64,000 bases of DNA from a virus. This document shows positions 37,133-45,981 of this stretch, in pieces. Numbering within the stretch: the stretch's first letter is position 1; every line of letters starts with the position of its first letter. A program made the translations under genes and the position numbers. The notes beneath the pieces are model-generated. The model saw only the letters and a list, made by a program, of their open reading frames with translations, did no database searches and was not told the DNA's origin. The DNA is taken from IMG/VR virus record IMGVR_UViG_3300025383_001098; one strand, written 5' to 3'.

Positions 37133-37183
37133 CCCATAATTCGGTATTTGCTATAATATTACATATAGTTAGAAATTAGGAGC
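37127..37183 (+). repeat. 57-bp early promoter-leader-RBS cassette, copy 1
   Basis: Identical to 47476..47532. Confidence 0.92.
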
Positions 37184-37187
37184 CGAA

Positions 37188-37400
37188 ATGTTTGAAACTT
37201 GTGTAGATCAATTAGTTAAGGTAACACTTACTAATGAGCCTGTAAAATGCCAGTGGTTCAATGGTACCTTGTTTGTTTGCACCATTACTGAAACCCAAGC
37301 TCGTCAGGTATTTCATCGTTTGAGCGAAAGTTTGGGTCTGGGCAAGGTTCAAATCAATGCCATTGGCGACACCGGCGAATATGCCTTTGATTTTGTTTAA
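37188..37400 (+). CDS. Hypothetical early protein
   Basis: Strong promoter and aggag SD. Confidence 0.7.
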   Translation: MFETCVDQLVKVTLTNEPVKCQWFNGTLFVCTITETQARQVFHRLSESLGLGKVQINAIGDTGEYAFDFV

Positions 37401-37409
37401 GGAGCGGAT

Positions 37410-37685
37410 ATGATTAACATTGTTGACATTCGTAGTGCTATTGTAGCAGGTCAGTTTACCAATGCTGAATTAGATACTATTACCCAGGCAATTACTTTTG
37501 CCCGTACTCAGATAGCTCGCAAGAATACCTGTGTATTCCGTAAAGGTGACTCTGTCAAGTTTACATCAAACCGCAATGGTCAAGTTTACCAAGGTACAGT
37601 AGACAAGGTTAATATCAAGAACATTTTGGTCCGTACCCACGTTGGTGTGTATCGCGTACCTGCTAATATGTTGGAGAGTGTATAA
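37410..37685 (+). CDS. Hypothetical protein with KOW/SH3-like C-terminus
   Basis: KGDSVKF....G....G.V.KVN.K...V. Confidence 0.65.
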   Translation: MINIVDIRSAIVAGQFTNAELDTITQAITFARTQIARKNTCVFRKGDSVKFTSNRNGQVYQGTVDKVNIKNILVRTHVGVYRVPANMLESV

Positions 37686-38158
37686 TGGGAACTCGTTCAA
37701 GTATTGCTGTCAAACACGGCACTCGTATCAAGGCAGTCTACTGCCACTGGGATGGTTATTTGGACCACAACGGACGCATCTTATTGGCTTTTTATGACTC
37801 AACTAAGGCCAATAATTTAGTAGCATTAGGCAACATCAGTTCCTTGGGTGCTGACATTGGTTCGAAGCATTCGTTTGATCAAACCACAGAAGAACGAAAC
37901 TATTTCAACCTTGGTCCAACCAGTGTCAGTTCGGAAACAACTTTTTATGGTCGCGATCGCGGTGAACTCAACCAAGAGTTTCGATCCTTTGCCAGTGAAG
38001 AGGAATGGATTAGCCACATGGATGGATCTGGGTGTGAATACTTCTATCTAATGGATTCTGGAGTTTGGTATGTCAGTGAGTACGGTCGAGATCTGGTACC
38101 ACTACACGAAGCAATCGAAGAATCGGATCTCGCAACCAAAGTAGAAATCAAGGAGTAA
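37685..38158 (+). CDS. Conserved phage protein (YCHWDGY type)
   Basis: MGTRS.I...YCHWDGY...G..L. Confidence 0.7.
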   Translation: MGTRSSIAVKHGTRIKAVYCHWDGYLDHNGRILLAFYDSTKANNLVALGNISSLGADIGSKHSFDQTTEERNYFNLGPTSVSSETTFYGRDRGELNQEFRSFASEEEWISHMDGSGCEYFYLMDSGVWYVSEYGRDLVPLHEAIEESDLATKVEIKE

Positions 38159-38160
38159 TC

Positions 38161-38286
38161 ATGCAACTAATTATTGGAATCATTTTGGGTATTATTATTG
38201 CTACCATTGGCGTACAAGGCGTGGCCAATATTGCTCAAACGGGTGTAACCAAAATTCAAGCTGTGGCTAAAGAAGCTGCCAAGTAA
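38161..38286 (+). CDS. Small membrane peptide (41 aa)
   Basis: aggag SD; hydrophobic N-terminus. Confidence 0.55.
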   Translation: MQLIIGIILGIIIATIGVQGVANIAQTGVTKIQAVAKEAAK

Positions 38287-38413
38287 TTTTGGTAAAAGAA
38301 TTTCATATTTTAGGTTGACTCTAAATTCGAATCAGTCTATAATATGAAATATGTTGGAGTGTGTCCAGCATTATTTAACTGTAGTTTTTAACTTAAAAAT
38401 GGAGTGTTTTAAA

Positions 38414-38755
38414 ATGGATAAGCAATTTAAAGTTGGTGGTGTTTCTAAGACTAAGGGTCAATACAAGGTGCGTTTTGCAACTGATATGACTCGTGTTAAA
38501 ATCTTGGCTAAGACTGATAGCGATATCAATCTTATGGAATTGCCAAAAGCAATGACCAAGCCAGAGTTGGTAACTTTCTTGAAGTCTACTGACTTGTATG
38601 CTAATGCTGACTATCGTGCTGCTATTGATGCCGCTGATACTAAGTACAACGGTGTTGGTGTTGTTAAAGCATCTGGTGCTAAGGTTAAGGCTTCTAAGCC
38701 TTCCTTGGAAGCAATCAAGGCTCGTGCCGCTTCTAAAGAAGCTGTAGCAGAGTAA
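38414..38755 (+). CDS. Basic hypothetical protein, probably highly expressed
   Basis: Promoter TTGACT..TATAAT at about 38315-38343; ggag SD; strongly biased codons. Confidence 0.7.
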   Translation: MDKQFKVGGVSKTKGQYKVRFATDMTRVKILAKTDSDINLMELPKAMTKPELVTFLKSTDLYANADYRAAIDAADTKYNGVGVVKASGAKVKASKPSLEAIKARAASKEAVAE

Positions 38756-38782
38756 TAATACTGCTGGGGGATAAAACCCCCA

Positions 38783-38945
38783 GCAATATTGGTAAGTGTT
38801 TGAGACGTAAAGAGGGTATCGTTTGTGGACGCACAGACTCATGAAGGATAGGGCCATCTTACCCTTCTGATAAAACCGTGTCAATGGCTAAGGACTGGAA
38901 GCACCGGACTCCAAAATTCGACTCTCAAACATTTTCCAATATTGT
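38783..38945 (+). ncRNA. Candidate structured ncRNA A
   Basis: 23-bp closing stem (one mismatch, two G-U pairs) enclosing several hairpins; intergenic. Confidence 0.55.
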
Positions 38946-39054
38946 ATAGGAGTTATTATGCCTAAAATTTTGTTAAAAGAATTACCATACTATGTTGTTT
39001 GGCGCATTAAACAGATATTAAAACAACTCAAACTTCAAACTAAATAGTTTTACC

Positions 39055-39234
39055 ATGGATAAGAAAAAGCCAGTTTCTGGATACTACTACTCCGAAAAGG
39101 AGTGGGCAAGGTTGGGGTGTGGCGCACTACCACCAGAACGTGATCGTGATCGCGAACATGCTAAAAATCATCAAGAAGCAGCCGCACGTGGTAATCCAAA
39201 AATTGATGGCAATATTGTAAAAGGATACAATTAA
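39055..39234 (+). CDS. Small hypothetical protein (59 aa)
   Basis: Open frame MDKKKPVSGYYY; upstream TAAATA. Confidence 0.5.
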   Translation: MDKKKPVSGYYYSEKEWARLGCGALPPERDRDREHAKNHQEAAARGNPKIDGNIVKGYN

Positions 39235-39329
39235 ATGTTTACCGCTTTTGCAGTATTGTTGATAGGAAGTGTATTAATTTACATTATGATTGAAGTCAAA
39301 GACTGGATCGACAACGATCAGCAATAAGT

Positions 39330-39442
39330 AAACTTTCTGAGTAGCTACAATGGAACACCGAAATACTTGTCAATGTCGACCATGAACAAGGACCGGCCAT
39401 GAAGAGCAGGGCTATCGCGGATTCAAGCGCCACAGAGAGTTT
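39330..39442 (+). ncRNA. Candidate structured ncRNA B
   Basis: aaactttctg/cagagagttt closing stem with nested pairings. Confidence 0.4.
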
Positions 39443-39447
39443 TCTTA

Positions 39448-39770
39448 TTGTTGTAATTCCTTTGTAGTGAAGGCATTGTGGACCCGGGTTCGATTCCCGG
39501 CATCTCCACCAGAAAGTGTATTAGCCACTTAATACATAAATGCGGAGTCGTACCGGTACACCTTCCGCGGGTTAGCATAAGGTTCGAAACTTATGTGTTA
39601 ATACACTTTCTAATGGGGATGACAAGGTTTCGACATGGTGAGATAGCGAACAAGGCAACACGAGAGGTCAACTCGTAAAAAGCAAAAAAACGTAAACGCA
39701 AACGACGAACAGTTCGCATTAGCGGCCTAAACACCGCTTAGGGCAGGAAATGCCTCGTAACAGAAACAAC
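39448..39770 (+). ncRNA. ssrA: Circularly permuted (two-piece) tmRNA; tag ANDEQFALAA
   Basis: T-arm and acceptor 3' end ...ccgggttcgattcccggcatctccACCA (ends 39511) lies upstream of the canonical 5' end GGGGATG (39615). 7-bp acceptor stem with G3-U; tag ORF 39698..39730. Confidence 0.93.
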
Positions 39771-39794
39771 CAGCCCCTTCGGGGGCTCCACTTT
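39771..39794 (+). terminator. Hairpin ending the tmRNA transcript
   Basis: agcccc-ttcgg-ggggct; weak T tract. Confidence 0.55.
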
Positions 39795-39803
39795 ACAATT
39801 TCA

Positions 39804-40937
39804 ATGATCCACTATCAAGTCAACAATAAACAGATTTACAATCCGTATCTTGCTTACTACGAAAGTTTTCAGAGTGGAAAGCCTGTACAGTTTTATTGTC
39901 ACGATGCAGAATATGATCAGCTGGATTGGACTCAAGAACCTGCAGAATCGTTTGAAACGTTAATGGATCAACACGCACACCGTCTGCGTGACCGATATGA
40001 AAGATTAATTTTAGCCTGGTCGGGTGGCACTGATAGTCATACTATATATAATGTTTTCAAACGCAATGGTATACATATTGACGAAATTCTGTACAAAATT
40101 GATACCAGTCTTTGGCGTACAACAAATGGTCAGTTAATCCAAGACCCCACCGATCACTTGAATTGGTTAAAGGCAAATCACTGGGATCCAACTACTCGTA
40201 TCACCAGTTATGATGAGTATACCACGGATCTTAAAGGCATAGATATTCGCAATGACGAATGGATTTTTCAAAATCGCGGAGATCTTGGAAAATATTTTGC
40301 TGTAGGCACTGGCGGTGAAGCCACTAAGTTTTTATGCGAACGTAATCATGCCGGGCATCATTGGGGACTTGTAGTTGGGTACGAAAAGCCTTTTGTTTTC
40401 AAACGCAACGGGTCATGGTATTCAAGACAAAGTGATGTTTTATTAAATAGTGTGTTGGGTCAGCCCAACGTTGAATCTTTTTTCCTGGAGCCAATGCTAC
40501 ATTTAAAACAAAGTCACCTGGCCAAACGAGTACTGAAACGATTTCAAAATATTGAAAATTCAGAAAACTATGCTACTGTAGTTAACCCAAACGGATTCCC
40601 GGGCGGATATAAAATATGGGCTTCGCTATTAGGCCGGCATGATGAGTTGTCCGACGGAATAAGTATCAATGGAAAATTTATTATAACTCATATGAAAGAA
40701 TTTGCAATAGATTCATCTGTTAATATTGGTGATTTGAATAACCATTATGCCGACCCTTCTCTGTTGGGCAGATTGAAAAAGGATAATAAAATTGCTGTAA
40801 ACTATGTTAAAGGCCTGTATAATCTTGCAAGCGAACATAGATTTTATGAATTTTTAAATGAAAATTTTTTAGCAGAACCAGGGAAAGTGTTTAAATTAAA
40901 AACAACCTGGTCTAAGGAATACAATCTTGGGGAATAA
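39804..40937 (+). CDS. PP-loop (adenine nucleotide alpha-hydrolase) ATP pyrophosphatase, paralogue 1
   Basis: DW..EP......L....A..LRD.Y..L.L..SGGTDS; start reassigned downstream of the tmRNA. Confidence 0.75.
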   Translation: MIHYQVNNKQIYNPYLAYYESFQSGKPVQFYCHDAEYDQLDWTQEPAESFETLMDQHAHRLRDRYERLILAWSGGTDSHTIYNVFKRNGIHIDEILYKIDTSLWRTTNGQLIQDPTDHLNWLKANHWDPTTRITSYDEYTTDLKGIDIRNDEWIFQNRGDLGKYFAVGTGGEATKFLCERNHAGHHWGLVVGYEKPFVFKRNGSWYSRQSDVLLNSVLGQPNVESFFLEPMLHLKQSHLAKRVLKRFQNIENSENYATVVNPNGFPGGYKIWASLLGRHDELSDGISINGKFIITHMKEFAIDSSVNIGDLNNHYADPSLLGRLKKDNKIAVNYVKGLYNLASEHRFYEFLNENFLAEPGKVFKLKTTWSKEYNLGE

Positions 40938-41907
40938 AGTGACACGATCAATCTTATCAGTTGTAATATTTTTACTCAGCAGTATTGCAGTAGCTTCACC
41001 AGTGTTCAATGCCAAAGGTGAAAATATTGAAATTATAGTTCCATACGCTGTAGGTGGTGGTACCAGTAATCACGCACACTTGGTAGCCGAAATGTTTAGT
41101 GACTATGGGTGGCCAACTGTGGTTATAAATCGCCCAGGCGGCGATGCTGTAATTGGAGCAAATGCGGCAGCACGGGCACAACCTAATGGACGTACCTTAA
41201 TGGTTGCAGCCACCAGTGCAATGTCAGCCAATGTTGCATTTGGTGCTACTGGCATGGAATACAACGAGCACAGTTTTGTACCAGTTAGTCTTTTAAATCA
41301 ATTTGGCATGGTACTGGCTGTTCCTGCCGATAGTCCAATTAAAAACTATGAACAATTTAAATTTTATATACGGGCTAACCCAGAAAAATTTAATATTGGA
41401 TTTCATAATGGCCCGTTGAGTAATATTTTTTATGAGTGGGCCCGCGAAGAAAACCTTCCTCGCCCTAACATTGTTATCTACAAAGGATCGGCTCCAATGG
41501 ATACTGACCTGGTTGGTGGGCATATTCCTTTTATATGGGATAACTATACTGCGCCATTGATTCCGTTAATTGAAAGTGGTCGGGTTAGAGTAATAGCCAC
41601 AATGGATTCGGTATCGCTGTCTGCAATTCAACGTATACAGCCCAATGTTGATGTTGCTGATGTTAGTCGACAACATCCTGATTTACGTTTTGGAGTTTAT
41701 TACGGATTATTTGCTCCAGCCGGAACTCCACCACAAGTTGTGGCCGAAATGAATCGCGTAATAAATCAAAGTGCAAAAACCAGCAAATTCCAAAAAGAAA
41801 TTGTGACCATGGGTATTAAAAACATCGGGGGTCGCCCAGAGGTATTGGGCAATTTACAACAGCGTGACATACAGACATTAAAAAAATTACCAAAAGAAAA
41901 TCGTTAA
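40927..41907 (+). CDS. tctC: TctC/Bug tripartite tricarboxylate transporter solute-binding protein
   Basis: Signal peptide; IIVPYAVGGG, NRPGG...IG, YKGSAP...DLVGGH and GLFAPAGTP. Confidence 0.88.
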   Translation: MGNKVTRSILSVVIFLLSSIAVASPVFNAKGENIEIIVPYAVGGGTSNHAHLVAEMFSDYGWPTVVINRPGGDAVIGANAAARAQPNGRTLMVAATSAMSANVAFGATGMEYNEHSFVPVSLLNQFGMVLAVPADSPIKNYEQFKFYIRANPEKFNIGFHNGPLSNIFYEWAREENLPRPNIVIYKGSAPMDTDLVGGHIPFIWDNYTAPLIPLIESGRVRVIATMDSVSLSAIQRIQPNVDVADVSRQHPDLRFGVYYGLFAPAGTPPQVVAEMNRVINQSAKTSKFQKEIVTMGIKNIGGRPEVLGNLQQRDIQTLKKLPKENR

Positions 41908-42621
41908 ATGAAACAATGGTATGAATACCAGCTGGCAAATCAAGTGGCTCAACCTGAGTTAAATCAGCTTGATTATTTGCCAGTGGCTAATTTATCTCAC
42001 TTGTGCCCGTTGCTGGAGCCGTTAAAAAATCTCAAAGATAAATCGTATTTCAGAAATTTTTGGAAAGATGCAAATTATGCCGAGCTGGCTGCACTCAACA
42101 CCGGTGGAGCAGTATCTGAACAGCAGATCTCAGACTGGTTGTTTAACGATCCCGAAACCAAAGAATCTTCGGAAAATACCGGTATCAATTATATAGAAGT
42201 ACCTGACGGTATCAGAGCTCTTGTAATTGATGATATTGCTCAGCTGGTACAGGCATCACCAGAAGAAATAACTTTAGTAGTCAATTTGCAATTACCCGGT
42301 CAATATCTTTCCATGCACGTTGACCGCCTCAAATACGAAGAAAACGGTCTACGTCGTACTGACGATACCAATACTCCCTACAAGCGATTGCTCATGTTCA
42401 TGGATGACTGGCAACATGGGCAGGCCTTCCAGATTGGCGATAACTTTTTAAAATGGCGGGCCGGTGATGTTTACCAATGGTCATCAGAAAACGTGTATCA
42501 CGGCAGTTCAAACTTTGGATTCTACGATCGCTATGTACTAAGGATCGATGTTAATTATCCACATGAATGGCGCACGGATGCACAAAAGAATCAAAATAAT
42601 ATAACCCGAGAACAACTATGA
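41908..42621 (+). CDS. 2OG-Fe(II) oxygenase-like protein
   Basis: PGQYLSMHVD...DDWQHGQ...W.AGD...HGSSN.G...R; similar to 18885..19403. Confidence 0.7.
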   Translation: MKQWYEYQLANQVAQPELNQLDYLPVANLSHLCPLLEPLKNLKDKSYFRNFWKDANYAELAALNTGGAVSEQQISDWLFNDPETKESSENTGINYIEVPDGIRALVIDDIAQLVQASPEEITLVVNLQLPGQYLSMHVDRLKYEENGLRRTDDTNTPYKRLLMFMDDWQHGQAFQIGDNFLKWRAGDVYQWSSENVYHGSSNFGFYDRYVLRIDVNYPHEWRTDAQKNQNNITREQL

Positions 42622-43580
42622 AAAAATACTTATTAGTGGCCTTGGCCATACTGTCATGTTCTGCCTATGCTTGGCAACCTGATAAAAATACCCCCATTAC
42701 AGTAATCACCGGTTACCCAGCAGGATCCAGTAACGAAATTATCTTTAGAAAATTAGCAACCGTTGTTACAGCCAATACTGGAGTAAATTTTATTGTTAAA
42801 CCTAAACCCGGTGTTGACGGAATCATTGCAATGAATGAATTGTATGATTCAAAACACGATGGATATTCTGTTGCCGTTCCAAGCATACCAACATTGTTTG
42901 TTGTTAATGATATTTCAAATAAAAATCTTAAGAAATACTCTTGGGATAGTTTTGCCACACCTATTGTAATAGGACAAACTCCTCTCGCAGTTATTGCCAG
43001 TGCAAAAAATCCTGTGACAAATTTTAAACAGTTAACGGATCTTTTAAAAACAACCACACAACCTATTAACATAGGACAAGCCGGCGGCACAATACGTGTA
43101 GCATATGAATATTTGATGCACGAAACCAATGGCAATAAAAAAATGGTCAAAGACATTGGCTACAAAAGTTTTCCGCCAGAGATTGCCGACGTGGTTGGGG
43201 GACAAATTGATTTTGGTATTACTACATTAAGTAGTGTTTATCAAATAGCAAAAGACGGACGAGTACGAATTCTTGCCATTACCGAAGAATCTTCTAACTC
43301 GACTGAGTTTCCAAAAACCTATACCACGCTACCCAACTATAAATTTTCTACCGGATACTTGTTGGCTTTACCGCCTAAAACTGATCTTGAAATTCAGCAA
43401 TGGTATTCAAGAGAATTTATTCGTGCCATGCGAGATCCTGAATTTCAGCAGTGGGCAACAGATAATTTGATAACTACAGATATTAACTTAACATCAGACA
43501 TTGCTGTAAAAGCATTTGGAGCACAGATGCGTAAAAAACTGTCTCGAGTTATGACAGAACTAAGAAAAGGAGAAAACTAA
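42618..43580 (+). CDS. tctC: TctC/Bug solute-binding protein, divergent
   Basis: Signal peptide; YPAGSS, KPGVDG.IA, DGYS, YK......DVVGGQID and G.VRILA. Confidence 0.82.
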   Translation: MKKYLLVALAILSCSAYAWQPDKNTPITVITGYPAGSSNEIIFRKLATVVTANTGVNFIVKPKPGVDGIIAMNELYDSKHDGYSVAVPSIPTLFVVNDISNKNLKKYSWDSFATPIVIGQTPLAVIASAKNPVTNFKQLTDLLKTTTQPINIGQAGGTIRVAYEYLMHETNGNKKMVKDIGYKSFPPEIADVVGGQIDFGITTLSSVYQIAKDGRVRILAITEESSNSTEFPKTYTTLPNYKFSTGYLLALPPKTDLEIQQWYSREFIRAMRDPEFQQWATDNLITTDINLTSDIAVKAFGAQMRKKLSRVMTELRKGEN

Positions 43581-44152
43581 TGTGGCCGTACTATAAACTT
43601 TTACCCGATTTACCGAGACCTCCGCAGAAATTTTTTGATGAGGTGGAAGTAGACGTTAATAATTTGCCAAACCAAACTGACATGCATGAAATCAGATATA
43701 GGAATGTTACTCGCGGTAACGAAAAGTTCCTTGCCAGTCCTGCGGTTCGTGTTCCAACAACACCAGAATTTGCACAATGGTTTAAAGAAAACATTGCACC
43801 TAACCCCAAGGATGTTAGTATTAACTACAGACATTGTAACAGTGACACTGGTGGGATTCATACCGACACCACAAGAGAATACAGATTAGCATACAATATA
43901 CTTGACGGTGGTCCCAACTGTGGTGTTATCTATTATCAACAGCACGGGTATCCTTTGATGCGTGAACTTGCAATACAGCACTTAACCTATCACGATGTAA
44001 CTCCAGTGCATAAATTAGTTGGTCCAAACAATGTTTGGTTTTTAATGGATACAAGAATTCTGCACAGTTGCGAAGGAATTGAAAGTCCTCGAGTACAGTT
44101 TGACATTAGCTTTGACACAGAAAGTGTTCCTCAAGAGTGGTTGGTTGACTAA
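43580..44152 (+). CDS. Cupin / 2OG-Fe(II) oxygenase-like protein
   Basis: IHTD..R...L.Y....GG and W...DT...HS.E....R. Confidence 0.6.
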   Translation: MWPYYKLLPDLPRPPQKFFDEVEVDVNNLPNQTDMHEIRYRNVTRGNEKFLASPAVRVPTTPEFAQWFKENIAPNPKDVSINYRHCNSDTGGIHTDTTREYRLAYNILDGGPNCGVIYYQQHGYPLMRELAIQHLTYHDVTPVHKLVGPNNVWFLMDTRILHSCEGIESPRVQFDISFDTESVPQEWLVD

Positions 44153-45405
44153 TGTTTCATCCCTATAGCGACAAAAATAAATTTGGCTACTATACTGTAG
44201 GCAATGTCAATACCTATAGGAAACTTGAAGCGATCGAAATAGGTCGCAAAACCAATCAGCCTGTTAGGTGGAATTTTAATAATGAAGTGTTTTCATCTGT
44301 TGATTGGTCTAAAGAACCCGAAGCAAATCTGTTAGAATTGTATCGTCGGCGAGCACAACAAATTCGAGATTCCTACGACTATGTTGTTGTTATGCTAAGT
44401 GGCGGTGCTGACAGTACTGCCATGCTCAAGAGTTTCTTAGACAACGGTATATACCCTGATGAAATTTTAAGTGCTCACGAACTCAATGGGGCCAAAGATC
44501 CGAATTGGTATTTAACCGGAGAAGTTATAAATTCAGCAATACCTTGGGTACAAAAATATTTAGACACGGGAATTCCTACACGCTATCGAGTGGTAGACAC
44601 ATCAGAGTGGCAATATAACTCTTTGAATAATTTAACAGTCGGAGCAAGAGATGATTCATATTATAATTTTAATAATGTGCATAATCTTGGCATGCTCGGA
44701 CGCTTTAGATTTAGAGAAAACATAGAAGACTATCGCAAGATCATCGACTCCGGGTGCCGTTTGTGTCTTGTTTGGGGAGAACAAAAACCCCGTATATCCT
44801 ATGACCGAACACGTCAATGTCATAAATTTTCATTTAGAGAAGCCAGCCTTGACGCTTATGTTGGTCCAATATATCAAGAAGTAGACCAGCCGGGCTACTT
44901 TGATGAATTGTTTTTTTCAAGCCCAAACATGCCGGAGATTGTAATAAAACAAGCATACGAGTGTTTAAAGTATCTTAGGAATCCCGAACTATTCCCCGAT
45001 ATTATTAAAGATCAATCAACCTTTCCACGAATAATAAACAATCAAACGCCAGGCCTTGGGTTGACCCCAAACGCTGTAGAATTCAAGGTATGGCATCCAT
45101 GGCATAGTAGTGTAGAGACTGTAAAAAAGATTCAAAGTTTTTGTTTAACCAAGGACGGATTACATTCAATAATATATCCTCATATAGAGCCTATTACTTA
45201 CGATCAATTAAAAGGACCAAGATCCGTCGTATACCCCAGAGATGGTTGGTTAGTAAATGCCAATCCAGAAGCAGCTAAAAAATGGTTCCAGGGCTATTAT
45301 TCTAATGTAGTTGGATTACGCTTAGAACAACATCCAACTACACAAGCTCTTGATGTCATGGGCGGAGAATGGTACCTGAGAAATGATTATTATTTGCCAT
45401 TTTAA
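44152..45405 (+). CDS. PP-loop ATP pyrophosphatase, paralogue 2
   Basis: DWSKEP...L.ELY..RAQQIRD.YDY.....SGGADS. Confidence 0.75.
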   Translation: MFHPYSDKNKFGYYTVGNVNTYRKLEAIEIGRKTNQPVRWNFNNEVFSSVDWSKEPEANLLELYRRRAQQIRDSYDYVVVMLSGGADSTAMLKSFLDNGIYPDEILSAHELNGAKDPNWYLTGEVINSAIPWVQKYLDTGIPTRYRVVDTSEWQYNSLNNLTVGARDDSYYNFNNVHNLGMLGRFRFRENIEDYRKIIDSGCRLCLVWGEQKPRISYDRTRQCHKFSFREASLDAYVGPIYQEVDQPGYFDELFFSSPNMPEIVIKQAYECLKYLRNPELFPDIIKDQSTFPRIINNQTPGLGLTPNAVEFKVWHPWHSSVETVKKIQSFCLTKDGLHSIIYPHIEPITYDQLKGPRSVVYPRDGWLVNANPEAAKKWFQGYYSNVVGLRLEQHPTTQALDVMGGEWYLRNDYYLPF

Positions 45406-45487
45406 AAAAAGTTGTCAACTTTCTTGCGACCTTGTGCGTTATATATGTACACAGTGAAAATTGTGTATAACCTAAAAGGAAATTAAA

Positions 45488-45670
45488 ATGAAACAACTTA
45501 TCGCAATCGTAGCATCAGTATTTGCATTATCAGCAATGGCTCAAACAGCACCAGTGGCACCAACTGCACCGGCTAAGGTAGAGAAGAAAGAAGTTGCCAA
45601 GCCTGCAAAAAGCGTACCCGCTAAAAAAGAAGCACCTAAAGCTGACACGAAGGCACCTACCACTAAGTAA
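45488..45670 (+). CDS. Secreted low-complexity Ala/Lys/Pro peptide
   Basis: Signal peptide; acid-shock-protein-like composition. Confidence 0.65.
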   Translation: MKQLIAIVASVFALSAMAQTAPVAPTAPAKVEKKEVAKPAKSVPAKKEAPKADTKAPTTK

Positions 45671-45831
45671 TCACGACGATGACATTATTGTCGATGACGA
45701 TCAGCCCTTAGGGCGAAATCGGTGGAGTCAACAGTTTGGAAAGATTGTTCATGAAAATCGAGAAGAACTGTCAGATTACATACGTGTAAGGTTATTTTTA
45801 GCAAGGGTTAAAGCTCTTCAAAAATACGAAG

Positions 45832-45860
45832 AAGTCTGGGGATAAACTCCAGACTTTTTT
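45832..45860 (+). terminator. Rho-independent terminator
   Basis: aagtctgggg-ataaa-ctccagactt plus T tract. Confidence 0.75.
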
Positions 45861-45981
45861 ATTTGCCCAAAAAGATTGATTTTTTATTATAATAGTATAT
45901 AATGACTACTAATAGAGCATAAGTAAAAGTATATCATTGCTCTAACAAAGTAGTCTAACTAATTGCTCTAAAGGATATAAA

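Noticed and set aside
38860-38895. Hammerhead ribozyme suggested by ctgata
   Set aside because: CUGANGA is imperfect and there is no GAAA after the putative stem II
39385-39415. SRP (4.5S) RNA
   Set aside because: Lacks the conserved CAGG-stem-GNRA-stem-AGCA domain IV geometry
39478-39511. tRNA gene (T-arm plus CCA)
   Set aside because: No D or anticodon arm upstream; the matching acceptor 5' strand lies downstream, so it is the acceptor piece of a permuted tmRNA
39478-39803. 66-aa ORF at 39478 and the N-terminal extension of the 39750 ORF
   Set aside because: Both overlap the tmRNA or its terminal hairpin; the PP-loop gene more plausibly starts at 39804
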